64,000 bases of DNA from Promethearchaeota archaeon (lineage in GTDB: Archaea; Asgardarchaeota; Lokiarchaeia; Sigyniarchaeales; SOKP01), in NCBI GenBank assembly GCA_030599585.1, contig JAUVNS010000012.1, forward strand, positions 1 through 64,000. The letters are read 5' to 3'. Both the position numbers and the translations under genes were made by a program. Below the pieces are notes generated by a model. That model did not search any database. It was not told where the DNA came from and saw only the letters and a list, made by a program, of their open reading frames with translations. Within the stretch, counting starts at the first letter, position 1. Every line of letters starts with the position of its first letter. Positions 27,774 to 37,166 of the stretch are shown one piece after another.

Positions 27774-28448
27774 TTAAACGTCCGGAAACTCCAATCCTTT
27801 AGCTTTACTTCCACCCATCATTTGTTCCATTCCTCCCTGCGCTTGAGTTTGCAGTTTCAACAATCTCTGAATAAGGGTGTTAATCCCAAAGCTACAGAGG
27901 AAATACCACGCAGTAAAGTTAATCCATCCAGCGTTCACTCCAATTGTTTTGATATAACCATATACAAAAGCAGTCCATTCTGGACTATTGCTCGTCCATC
28001 CAGCCATCATTGTTCCAATGAGTGGTAGATCGTTCCCATTCATTGGTGAAAACGCAACTGGATTGGATTGTCCAAACAGACCTCTTACTACAGAAAATAT
28101 TACTATCATTGGAACGAAAGTAATGCACGATGGTAGCATACGCTTCAACGACATTTTTTGTTGCGAAGTTTTGATCATACTATCTAACCGTTCCCAACGC
28201 TTTCTCAATTTTTTGTATTTTTCGGGGTCAGTCTCAGCTAAATCTATAATTTTGGCTTTCTCCTCGTCATGCGCTTTCTTAATGACTTGTTTTCTATTTA
28301 TCTCGCTAGTATCCACTAACCATTTCGTTAATCCTGTACTAATTAGAGCCGTTGTTGTAGCCATTAGAATGATGAATATCATGGACCCCGGCGGGTAGCT
28401 TATCAAATCAAGAAAAGCATTTGATTCTTGTATTAATAACAAAAGCAT
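27774..28448 (-). CDS. DUF106 / EMC3-TMCO1 (Oxa1 superfamily) membrane insertase
   Basis: TM-coiled coil-TM layout, ITFVPMIVIF and WYFLCSF motifs; downstream of secY. Confidence 0.88.
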   Translation of the reverse strand: MLLLLIQESNAFLDLISYPPGSMIFIILMATTTALISTGLTKWLVDTSEINRKQVIKKAHDEEKAKIIDLAETDPEKYKKLRKRWERLDSMIKTSQQKMSLKRMLPSCITFVPMIVIFSVVRGLFGQSNPVAFSPMNGNDLPLIGTMMAGWTSNSPEWTAFVYGYIKTIGVNAGWINFTAWYFLCSFGINTLIQRLLKLQTQAQGGMEQMMGGSKAKGLEFPDV

Positions 28449-28525
28449 AGTTATAATGAAGAAATTTTAATAATTTATTAAAGTTTTTAGCAAAAAAATA
28501 AAAAATAGGCAGTAGAAATTTTAAT

Positions 28526-29977
28526 CTAATCCATACCCAAGAACGACCGCATGCCCGGATACTGCATCGCAGCCATTTCCTTAGCGAGGGACTCGCTGTA
28601 CTGATGCACGATTCCTATAGCTATTAGAAGTCCCGTACCTGAAGTCAGTGCACCTAGAGAATCGGCGAAGAAACTCATTACTGCTATTATTATTCCGTTC
28701 AGTATCACTAGCGTGGGGATGTATCTCTTTAAAATTCTCTCAATGATTTTATCTGAGCTTCTAAATCCCGGAATTTGCATCCCAGAATCAATTATCTGTT
28801 GAGCAATATCGCGCGGCGCCAACCCTGAGACATCAACCCATACACGGCCGAGCATTACACAGAGAAATATGAAGAAAATCAGGTATATAATAGCTCTTAT
28901 TGGATCGGCCAATAATTGTTCCAAACCCTGAGGTGGGGTGAGAAAATAAAGCAACCCAAAATTTGGCACAAGGTAGTTACCTGTTGCCCCTCCAGCTGGG
29001 ACATCGTCGAAACGGCCGATGAGATCTATCAGAAAATCGAAACCTTGTCCTCTAAGCGTAGAATTGGGTCCTGCGAGCATCTGTCCAAAAAATAGAAAAT
29101 TCGCGTATAAAGCATTAACTAAAATGACCGGGATATTTGAGACATAGAGTAATTTCATTGGATACTTTCCTTTGAAACCTCGATACCCCTTGTACGCCAA
29201 GGGGATTTCGACCCGGGTGGACTCGAACCATATTACGATCAGAAAAATAACCAGCGTAGTAATACCTCCGAAAAGAGATGGTAACCTATTGCCTCTGAAA
29301 AAAAATTCTCCAATATCGTAGCTTGGATCCCCTAAGGCCTGGAAAAATCCTACTATAACCCCTCTAGCGACACCATCATCAGCAGCGATAAAGCTAAACA
29401 AATTCCAAAAGACTTGACCAGCAACACCCGTAGCGATAAATAAAGATACTCCGCTTCCAATCCCCCATCCCTTTTGTAGTAATTCATCAAGTAAGATGAT
29501 AACGAGTCCAGCAAGAAACAACTGTAAAAATACAAATGTTCCATTAGTAACAGTTAGCTCGCCAAAAGCTCCTCCAGCAATATAAGCAACTATATTGAAT
29601 ATCGTCAGAAACATCGCGAACACTTTTTGAGAACCGCTAAACATCGATCTATCGTAGGGATCGCTCATATCAACTTTAATAATTTTAGAGCCAAGTAATA
29701 GCTGCATAATTAATCCAGCTGTTACTATTGGACCAATTCCTAATTCTGTAAGCGTTCCTCGCTGGCTTGCCAATATAACTCTTAACCAGTAATAATAATC
29801 TGTCGTCTCAGTAACATTTACCCCGTAAAGAGGAATATTTGACATAATCAAATAAATTACCAGTGCCACTACAGTCCACAATAATTTTTCTTTGAAACTT
29901 ACTTCTCTTTGCGGCGATTTAATCTCAGGCATTACCCTTACGAATGGAGTAAAGAATCTTATAAATTTTCCTGTCAT
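28526..29977 (-). CDS. secY: Protein translocase subunit SecY/Sec61alpha
   Basis: ELGIGPIVTAG, GIGSGVSLFI, YPMKLLYVSNIPVIL, IPGFRS. Confidence 0.98.
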   Translation of the reverse strand: MTGKFIRFFTPFVRVMPEIKSPQREVSFKEKLLWTVVALVIYLIMSNIPLYGVNVTETTDYYYWLRVILASQRGTLTELGIGPIVTAGLIMQLLLGSKIIKVDMSDPYDRSMFSGSQKVFAMFLTIFNIVAYIAGGAFGELTVTNGTFVFLQLFLAGLVIILLDELLQKGWGIGSGVSLFIATGVAGQVFWNLFSFIAADDGVARGVIVGFFQALGDPSYDIGEFFFRGNRLPSLFGGITTLVIFLIVIWFESTRVEIPLAYKGYRGFKGKYPMKLLYVSNIPVILVNALYANFLFFGQMLAGPNSTLRGQGFDFLIDLIGRFDDVPAGGATGNYLVPNFGLLYFLTPPQGLEQLLADPIRAIIYLIFFIFLCVMLGRVWVDVSGLAPRDIAQQIIDSGMQIPGFRSSDKIIERILKRYIPTLVILNGIIIAVMSFFADSLGALTSGTGLLIAIGIVHQYSESLAKEMAAMQYPGMRSFLGMD

Positions 29978-30240
29978 GGTTCATCAGTTAATATCTTTAA
30001 AGACTAATTTCTTTTTAAATAAAATAAAATTTTCTCAAATGAGAAATGTAATTAAACTAAAAATTGAATTTTAAAAAAACTTTTTGATTTAAGAAGGCAT
30101 TCACTTGAATAATTGATATCCTAACAAATAGATTGAGCTTAAATAAATATAAAGTAGAAAAAAATAATAGAAAAAAATAATTTAGTTTATTACAAAATTA
30201 AATCTAATTCAATTTCTTTACACGCCTTAACTTTTTAGAA

Positions 30241-30540
30241 CTAGAATAAGGATCCAATGCCAGTAGGTTCCTCTTCCTCTTCTTCCTCTTCTTCTTTCTT
30301 TTGCTTCTTTGAAGCTCCTTTTGTGGGTTCTGCAGAAGTTGCGGGGGCAGCCATTACGGGAGCCGCAGCAGCAGAACTTAGAATCGTTTCAATGTCAGTC
30401 TCTTTAAGTCCAGCTACTACTTTTGTAAGTTGGGCTTTGTCAACATCCACATCGGCAGCTTTTAATATTTTTTCAATGTTGGTTTCAGTGATATCTTTTT
30501 GTGCTTTATGCAATATTAAGGCAGCATATATTGTTTCCAT
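30241..30540 (-). CDS. rpl12: Ribosomal stalk protein P1/aL12
   Basis: IYAALILH, Ala-rich hinge, acidic tail ending GIGSLF. Confidence 0.96.
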   Translation of the reverse strand: METIYAALILHKAQKDITETNIEKILKAADVDVDKAQLTKVVAGLKETDIETILSSAAAAPVMAAPATSAEPTKGASKKQKKEEEEEEEEEPTGIGSLF

Positions 30541-30617
30541 TTTTTTAACCTCTTTTTTATTTTATCCAATTAATTTTAAAATTTGTGTTAGTTTATTTCG
30601 TCAAAAAATCTATTTAA

Positions 30618-31595
30618 TTATCCAAATAATCCTCCGATTCCGACTTCTTCATCTCCCTTACCATCTTCCTCTTTGGATTCATCTTTTTTACTCTCTTTCT
30701 TTTTTTTCGTTTCAGGAACTGGTAGATCTCCGCCAAGAACCATTGCACTTATAGCATTAGCATTTGAGGCAGCCTTTCGAATGTATTCATCCCGTAGATC
30801 CTCAAAATATACGGGCAATTTGAAAAGTAGTCCAAGAGCTCCTCGGTGTGCTTTTTGAATCATAGGTTTTATGGTTTCTTTGTCTACAATACCTAGTTCT
30901 AAAGCTAAATTCTGAGCAGAGAAATATGCTGAAGCTAAGTCCTTTTGGAACTGTTCCATGTCCATGTATAGTATTTCTTTTGGAATGATTCCACCATCGC
31001 TCCAAGCGTAATGAATCTTTATAAGAGATTCAATTGGGTTTACTCCTAATTTCTTTAAAACAGCAGCTTGCTTTACATCAACAATATCCCCAGCATGATG
31101 CGTTTGCGTATCTTCTCTAATCCAAATTGTATCATTTTGAATACTCGTTGGAAGTCGTAATGTCATGTTTAATTCGCTGATAACTTGTCCCGTAGGTAAG
31201 CCTGTGTCACCGGCACTTACCCAAATATCAACAGGTGTAATTTCATTGGGTTTAGCAGGAACCATCCATTCGCTTTGATTAAATATCTTTTTTAACTCAA
31301 AGATGTTAAGATTTGTGAAACAGAATGCAGCTTGTCCAGGAATTTTCTCAGCAAATTCATCTAAATTTTCTTTTTTAGATTCTTTTCTATACCTATCGAT
31401 CGCTCTAAGTTGAAGGCTCTTTTTTGACATCCTTATGGTTGCTTTTCCTCTTAAAATTTTGCGCATTTCTTGAATTTGCCTATCGTTAAGTTTTGCCACC
31501 TCTATTACAGCAACATTACTATTGTCTTTAAACAAACCCACTAAATGCTCAACTTCATCCAACTTCCATTGAGGTATTTCATGTTTACCAATCAC
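30618..31595 (-). CDS. rpl10: Ribosomal protein uL10 (P0)
   Basis: IPQWKLDEV, AGDTGLPTG, tail GIGGLFG. Confidence 0.96.
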   Translation of the reverse strand: MIGKHEIPQWKLDEVEHLVGLFKDNSNVAVIEVAKLNDRQIQEMRKILRGKATIRMSKKSLQLRAIDRYRKESKKENLDEFAEKIPGQAAFCFTNLNIFELKKIFNQSEWMVPAKPNEITPVDIWVSAGDTGLPTGQVISELNMTLRLPTSIQNDTIWIREDTQTHHAGDIVDVKQAAVLKKLGVNPIESLIKIHYAWSDGGIIPKEILYMDMEQFQKDLASAYFSAQNLALELGIVDKETIKPMIQKAHRGALGLLFKLPVYFEDLRDEYIRKAASNANAISAMVLGGDLPVPETKKKKESKKDESKEEDGKGDEEVGIGGLFG

Positions 31596-31599
31596 TATT

Positions 31600-32328
31600 T
31601 TACACCTCTATACTCTTTAAAAATTGTTCGTCAACCTTAATGGGATGTCCCATAGTTGTTTTCAAAAACATGGATTTAATATTATTATATCTATGGGGCA
31701 TTTGATCAGCGACATAATCCACTATAGCCTTTAAATTTTCGAAGACTCTATCTTCCTCCATTGATTTTTTCCCTATTCTTACTTGGATGAGGAGTTGTTT
31801 CTTCAGCTGAATTCTGATTATTTTTAGGTATCTCTCTATCGCTATTCTTAGATCCTCTGGACTTGATACGATACCATAACCACTTGGAAATGGTTTTGGC
31901 ATCTTCCCTAATGGTCCAAGAAACCTAGCCAAATATCGCGCTACGCTTGGCATCATTTTATCTTCGACTATAAAAAAATCGTATTTCTTCACGAATTTCT
32001 TCTTTACTTTTTTCTCTTCGTTGTTCAATTGGACTAATCCATCAGTATCAATCGTCTCTAATCCTAAGTTTCGGGCTTCTAATAGAATTTCATCTGAAGC
32101 TATTACACATACATTGGGTTTATCACTTGTTACAGTATTGTTAGGTAGTACTATTTCCTTGTCTATCCTCTGTTTAGGGTCGTTTAAATTAAGGTCTTTC
32201 AGATTAATAATTAAATCAATTGATTCGTCAAATTTCCTAACCTTATCTTTAAATCCCTCCTTTTTTATAACAGAGTGCTCGATAGCTGCGTTAATCGATT
32301 TCTTTAACAATTTATCGTCAACTTTCAT
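31600..32328 (-). CDS. rpl1: 50S ribosomal protein uL1
   Basis: RKFDESIDLIINLK, LGPLGKMP, KTTMG. Confidence 0.96.
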   Translation of the reverse strand: MKVDDKLLKKSINAAIEHSVIKKEGFKDKVRKFDESIDLIINLKDLNLNDPKQRIDKEIVLPNNTVTSDKPNVCVIASDEILLEARNLGLETIDTDGLVQLNNEEKKVKKKFVKKYDFFIVEDKMMPSVARYLARFLGPLGKMPKPFPSGYGIVSSPEDLRIAIERYLKIIRIQLKKQLLIQVRIGKKSMEEDRVFENLKAIVDYVADQMPHRYNNIKSMFLKTTMGHPIKVDEQFLKSIEV

Positions 32329-32331
32329 ATT

Positions 32332-32866
32332 TTACATCTCCCCCTGAATTTTATCATCATATTCTCCAGCGTCAATTCTTTTTTGTATATCTCTTGGATT
32401 ACTACCCTCAACTGTTGCACCAATAGAAAGAGCTGTTCCTATAACAGTTTTTACAGCGTTTTTGAAAGTTTTAGCTAAGAATATGTCCTTTTTAGCGTTT
32501 GTAACAGTAATCACCTGTTCAAGAGTTAAATCACCAGATTTCTGTTCAGAACTATTTACGCTTCCTTTTTCTATTCCCAATTCCTTCAAGAGGAGTGAAG
32601 CTGTACTTGGGGTTTCTACGAAAATCTCAAATTGCTTGGTTTCAGGATCGCACTCAATTCTAATTGGGACGGTTAATCCCTTAAAAAGCATGGTTTTTTC
32701 GTTAACGGCGTCCACTACGTCCTTAATGTTTGCATAGAAAATTGACTTAATTTTCATTTATGCCAGTAGGACCTACGGCAGGCCCAATAGGGGGACCACC
32801 ACTAGCAGCGCCGCCTGTGACTTGAGCATGTACAACCACGCGCCCTTTTTCCTTCTCTTTACTCAA
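32332..32866 (-). CDS. rpl11: 50S ribosomal protein uL11, split gene: exon 1 32866-32758, exon 2 32729-32332 (168 aa joined)
   Basis: Exon 1 (TTG 32866; alternative GTG 32875) encodes MSKEKEKGRVVVHAQVTGGAASGGPPIGPAVGPTGI. Exon 2 continues NIKDVVDAVNEKT..GLTVPI..TPSTASLLLKELG. The two parts are in different frames unless the 28-nt insert is removed. Confidence 0.92.
32730..32757 (-). other. Putative 28-nt BHB-type mRNA intron in rpl11
   Basis: ATGAAAATTAAGTCAATTTTCTATGCAA; 7-bp internal stem, 4-bp central helix GCAT/ATGC, two AAA bulges. Cutting AA^A on both sides restores GGC ATA AAC ATT AAG. Confidence 0.8.
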
Positions 32867-33190
32867 TTTATTCACTCTTTTTGTTAAATTAACTATTTAA
32901 AGCCTACATTTTAAAACGCAGAACAAATTATTTGATTCAAACCAAAATTTCCAATATCTTTAATCATATCGGAACCGTAATCGTTTACGTTCTAAGTTTT
33001 GAAAAATATAGACTTAACTTAGTAAATTGCTAAATGAAGTGAACCTAAAAAATTTTATGAAATTTCACAATTGTTGTCGATCTGAATTTATTTATCTTAT
33101 TAATGATATGATTATTTGAGAAAAAGAAAAGAGTAATTTCAGAGCCAAATCTATTCAAATTTAAGAATTTTTAAAGGTTAAGATTTAACG

Positions 33191-34039
33191 ATGATAATCT
33201 GGATTCTAAATAGCGAGTCGGGTATAAAAATATTATATAAATCATTTTTGAAAACAGATGCTGATGAGGATATTGTATCTGGTTTTCTAACAGCTTTCCA
33301 TCATTTTTCTATGGAAGAATTTCATCAATCGTTAGAATCTATAGAAATGGGGGGTTTAAGATGGATTTACATATTAGAACCAAAATTTAAGTTGTTATTT
33401 GTTGTTGCAGATGTAAAAGAAGTAAAAACTGAGATTTTAATGGGCAGGCTTAATGTGTTAAAAGAAGCCTTTTTAAAAGAATTCGAAAAAGTTTGGATTA
33501 AAAAAAAACATAGTTGGGATGGGAATATGAAGATTTATATGCCATTCCTTAAAGTAATAGAAGATTATTACGGTCAGTGGGAGGAAGTGGAATCATTAAC
33601 CCAAGTCGCAGATTTTTTCGATATTTTAGGGGTATTTCAGCAGATTTTTATCTTGTTAAGAAACATTTTAGAAAAAAAAATGTACACTAAATCAAAACAC
33701 ATAATCTTAGATCGAATACAAAAAGTTTACAACAATTTTAGAGAAGAGGAAGAGTACAAATCACAACCCGAATTGGAAAATATTACTTTTTCTAAAGAAT
33801 CTTGGTTTAACATTATTGATATTAACTTGTTAAAGTGCGAAAAAGAAGTAATCACGAAATATTTAAAGTTGTTCCTTCACGGAACAGTTTCAATTTTAAT
33901 AAAAGTTAAGGGTAAAAATTTGTGTTTAAAATACTTTCATGAAGAAAGAATTTACTCTTATATTTACAATAACATGGGACTCTTAAAGGATTTAAATTTA
34001 GACATGTTTTTTTTAAAATTATTTTTATTACTCAAGTAA
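33191..34039 (+). CDS. Longin-like N-terminal domain protein
   Basis: IWILNSESG..DEDIVSGFLTAFHHFSME..LESIEMGG. Confidence 0.7.
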   Translation: MIIWILNSESGIKILYKSFLKTDADEDIVSGFLTAFHHFSMEEFHQSLESIEMGGLRWIYILEPKFKLLFVVADVKEVKTEILMGRLNVLKEAFLKEFEKVWIKKKHSWDGNMKIYMPFLKVIEDYYGQWEEVESLTQVADFFDILGVFQQIFILLRNILEKKMYTKSKHIILDRIQKVYNNFREEEEYKSQPELENITFSKESWFNIIDINLLKCEKEVITKYLKLFLHGTVSILIKVKGKNLCLKYFHEERIYSYIYNNMGLLKDLNLDMFFLKLFLLLK

Positions 34040-34050
34040 AAGACATCATT

Positions 34051-34254
34051 TCAGAACCTACAGCAAAGGCGTCTACCGTAATCGAGATTATGTTTTAAAT
34101 ATTCATCAGATAATATTTTCATAATCTCTTCATAATTCAACTCTGTCTTATAAACCTTGTTCACTTTATCGGGAATATCCTCAATTTCTACTCCGGGAGT
34201 TGAAACTAATCTAAAGATCTCATTTTTAACTTCTTCAGATATTTCTTCTGTCAT
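34051..34254 (-). CDS. Small hypothetical protein (possible HTH, C-terminal CC)
   Basis: 67-aa ORF fills the intergenic space with a plausible composition. Confidence 0.6.
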   Translation of the reverse strand: MTEEISEEVKNEIFRLVSTPGVEIEDIPDKVNKVYKTELNYEEIMKILSDEYLKHNLDYGRRLCCRF

Positions 34255-34375
34255 ATAATTATTATTAAGAAAATTAAGTGAAAAATGTTATCGTTAATTT
34301 TGAAAACCTCCCGCACATTATAGAGATTTTTTAATATAAATCTCCTTAGAGTGCTATAAAATATTAGAAAACAAA

Positions 34376-35053
34376 TTATACTTGTTCTAAAATAACTTCA
34401 TGAGTAATTGTACCTATTTTTTCAATAGAAGCTTCTATCACATCTCCTGGTTGTATCGGACTTATTCCACTTGGAGTACCTGTTGCGATAATATCTCCTC
34501 TTTTTAATGTTACAAATTTAGACAAATATTCTAGCGTTTGAGGGATTTTAAATAACATATGCTTAGTATTTGAGGATTGTCTTGTTTGTCCGTTAACTTT
34601 TAATTGGATTGATAAGTTATGAGGGTCGGAAATCTCACTACACGGAACGATTCTCGGTCCTATCGGACCAAAAGAATCGAAATTTTTGCTTCTATACCAT
34701 GGCAGATTTATATTTCTATCGCTTTTTTGCATGGTCCTTGCTGTCATATCCAGAAAAATGGTATATCCTTGTACATAATCCATGGCATTTTCAGCAGAAA
34801 TGTTTTTACATGTTTGAAAAATAATAAAAGCGAGTTCAACTTCGTGATCGACTCTATTATATTTCTCGCTTTCATATAGAATTTTCGGGTAAATTATAGG
34901 TTCATTGTCAGTTATAAGCGTATTCAATGTCTTGATAAAAAAGACAGGTTCAGATGGAATGGGTGCATTTGTTTCTTTTATGTGATCTAAATAATTCCGC
35001 CCTAAACATACTATTTTCGTTGGATTTATCGTAGTTTTTCCAATTTTTACCAT
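34376..35053 (-). CDS. Fumarylacetoacetate hydrolase family protein
   Basis: KIVCLGRNY, VDHEVEL, GDIIATGTPSG. Confidence 0.92.
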   Translation of the reverse strand: MVKIGKTTINPTKIVCLGRNYLDHIKETNAPIPSEPVFFIKTLNTLITDNEPIIYPKILYESEKYNRVDHEVELAFIIFQTCKNISAENAMDYVQGYTIFLDMTARTMQKSDRNINLPWYRSKNFDSFGPIGPRIVPCSEISDPHNLSIQLKVNGQTRQSSNTKHMLFKIPQTLEYLSKFVTLKRGDIIATGTPSGISPIQPGDVIEASIEKIGTITHEVILEQV

Positions 35054-35749
35054 TTAACTTGCCACCTCTTCTATAACAACTTTATTTGATAGGGTCCCAA
35101 TTTTTTCGATCGAAGCTTCTATGATATCTCCCGGTTTGATTGGACCTATGCCTGACGGGGTTCCTGTAGCCACGATATCTCCTGGTTCCATAGTAAAGAA
35201 TTGTGTAATATTTTCTAACAGCTCCGGGATTTTGAATAATAAATGCTTTGTATTTGACGATTGCTTAATTTCTCCGTTTAGTTTTAGTTCGATTTTAAGA
35301 TTGTGGGGATCACCGATTTCTCGATGTCCTACAATTCTGGGACCTATTGGACCGAAAGTATCTAACGCTTTTGAGCGAAACCATGGTAATCTTGACGCTA
35401 TGTCTTTAACTTGTATCTTTCTAGCGGTAATATCGTTAAATATAGTATAACCTAGAATATAATCGTACGCATTGTTAACTTTTACATATTTGCACTTATC
35501 TTTTATAATAAAAGCTAACTCTACTTCGTAATCAACCCGTTTATACTTACGATTGTTAAATATCCAATGTGGATAAATAATTGGTTCACCGTCTGAGATA
35601 AGACAGTTTAAAGTCTTTGGAAAAAGAACTGGTTCTTTTGGTACCGCTAACTTCGTTTCTTCGATATGATCCATGTAGTTAGTACCAACGCAGATGATTT
35701 TTGAAGGATTAATCTCCAAGTCTCCTATTTTCATCCTATAACATGACAC
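35054..35749 (-). CDS. Fumarylacetoacetate hydrolase family protein (tandem paralog)
   Basis: KIICVGTNY, VDYEVEL, GDIVATGTPSG. Confidence 0.92.
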   Translation of the reverse strand: MSCYRMKIGDLEINPSKIICVGTNYMDHIEETKLAVPKEPVLFPKTLNCLISDGEPIIYPHWIFNNRKYKRVDYEVELAFIIKDKCKYVKVNNAYDYILGYTIFNDITARKIQVKDIASRLPWFRSKALDTFGPIGPRIVGHREIGDPHNLKIELKLNGEIKQSSNTKHLLFKIPELLENITQFFTMEPGDIVATGTPSGIGPIKPGDIIEASIEKIGTLSNKVVIEEVAS

Positions 35750-35871
35750 CCGTTAAATATTTCCGTTTTATTAAATACAAATATTAGTTATATCATTTAT
35801 TAGAATAGATTGATTATGAATATTAAAGTTAGGATTGAAATATAAATTATCGTTTAATAGAAGGATATATC

Positions 35872-36429
35872 ATGTCAGAAGAAAAACATATTGAATTCAA
35901 AAATAAGATGACTATTAGAATAGCAGTAACTGCGATTTTAATCGCTGTTGGAGTCGTTTTGAGTTATCTAAATCCATTTGCTTACTTTACAATTGCTGGA
36001 ACTAAAATAAATCCTTTCGCCCATCTAATTAATGTTTTGAGTGGTGTTTTATTAGGATTATTATTCTCTATAGTTACTGCTCTTGGTATTGCTATCATTC
36101 GTTATGCTACTGCAATCGGGTCTATTCACGCTTTTCATGGTGGTATTTCAGGGGCCCTAATTGTGGGTATTGCTTCATACATTTTACAAAAAAAGAAGCC
36201 AAAATATGCAGAGTATGCTGCCTTTGTAGAACCAATAGGAACAGTATTCTTAGGAGGGACTATCGCTGAAATCATAGTCCCCATCTACGGAATATTTTCG
36301 ATGGAAGGGGTACTTGTATATTGGAGTTTATTCTTCTTACCATCTATTGTAGGTTGCGCTATTGGTTTTATAATATTAAAAATCCTCAAAGATTCTGGAT
36401 ATTCATGGGAAAATTTTACAAATAAATAA
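35872..36429 (+). CDS. thiW: ECF transporter S component ThiW (thiazole precursor)
   Basis: PFAHLINVLSGVLLG, GSIHAFHGGISGA, EPIGT. Confidence 0.8.
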   Translation: MSEEKHIEFKNKMTIRIAVTAILIAVGVVLSYLNPFAYFTIAGTKINPFAHLINVLSGVLLGLLFSIVTALGIAIIRYATAIGSIHAFHGGISGALIVGIASYILQKKKPKYAEYAAFVEPIGTVFLGGTIAEIIVPIYGIFSMEGVLVYWSLFFLPSIVGCAIGFIILKILKDSGYSWENFTNK

Positions 36430-36453
36430 TCTTTTTACTTTTTCTTAATAAAA

Positions 36454-37032
36454 ATGGAAGAATTAGACTTTGAAAAATACTTTGGACACAGAACATTATT
36501 ATATGGAGAAACTAATACAGGAAAAACTTATTACACTGCTAAATTTGTCCAATATCTCTTAGAAATCAAAAAAATTACCCCTGAAGATATAAGCATCTTG
36601 GATTTTGCTCCAAAATTAGCTTATTTTAATAATTTAAAGATCGGTGGGAGAATACAAGATTACTATGAAAATAGCGTAAAATGTAACAATATAAATTTTA
36701 AAGGAGATATTATTCCCCCCCGCCTAAAAGCTAAGAATAAAAATGATATGTACAACAATATTTGTCATAATTTCAATAAAATATATGAAATTATAGAAAT
36801 TTATAACATTAGCCCAACTCCAGTATTAATTATCAACGATATCTCTCTATACCTGCACTTAGGGAGCACTAGATACTTAATTAATACGATAAATAAATCA
36901 AATACTTTTTTTGGAAATTCTTATTATGGATCATCTATTAGCAGTAAATTCTCGAAGCTAATAAGCATCAAAGAAAAGAGAAAAGTTGAATCTCTTCTAA
37001 AAAATGTAGAAAACTCTTTTACGACGACTTAA
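36454..37032 (+). CDS. P-loop NTPase, uncharacterised
   Basis: LLYGETNTGKT Walker A; INDISLYLH. Confidence 0.75.
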   Translation: MEELDFEKYFGHRTLLYGETNTGKTYYTAKFVQYLLEIKKITPEDISILDFAPKLAYFNNLKIGGRIQDYYENSVKCNNINFKGDIIPPRLKAKNKNDMYNNICHNFNKIYEIIEIYNISPTPVLIINDISLYLHLGSTRYLINTINKSNTFFGNSYYGSSISSKFSKLISIKEKRKVESLLKNVENSFTTT

Positions 37033-37166
37033 TTTGTTTTTCTTCTTCGATTTGATTATTTTTCTTTTAAATTATAATTGTAAACGATAATAATCACTCC
37101 AAATATTTACAATCAATAGTTTGTAAAATTACAAATTTACTACTAAATAAATGAGAAATTTTAAAG

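Noticed and set aside
32332-32757. ORF-track 141-aa uL11 starting MKIKSIFYA as the complete gene
   Set aside because: The first 9 residues are non-homologous insert sequence, and the conserved N-terminus is intact upstream in another frame.
32745-32760. Programmed +1 frameshift as the explanation for split rpl11
   Set aside because: It would leave about 9 foreign residues inside a gap-free conserved motif and does not explain the precise BHB geometry. Not formally excluded.
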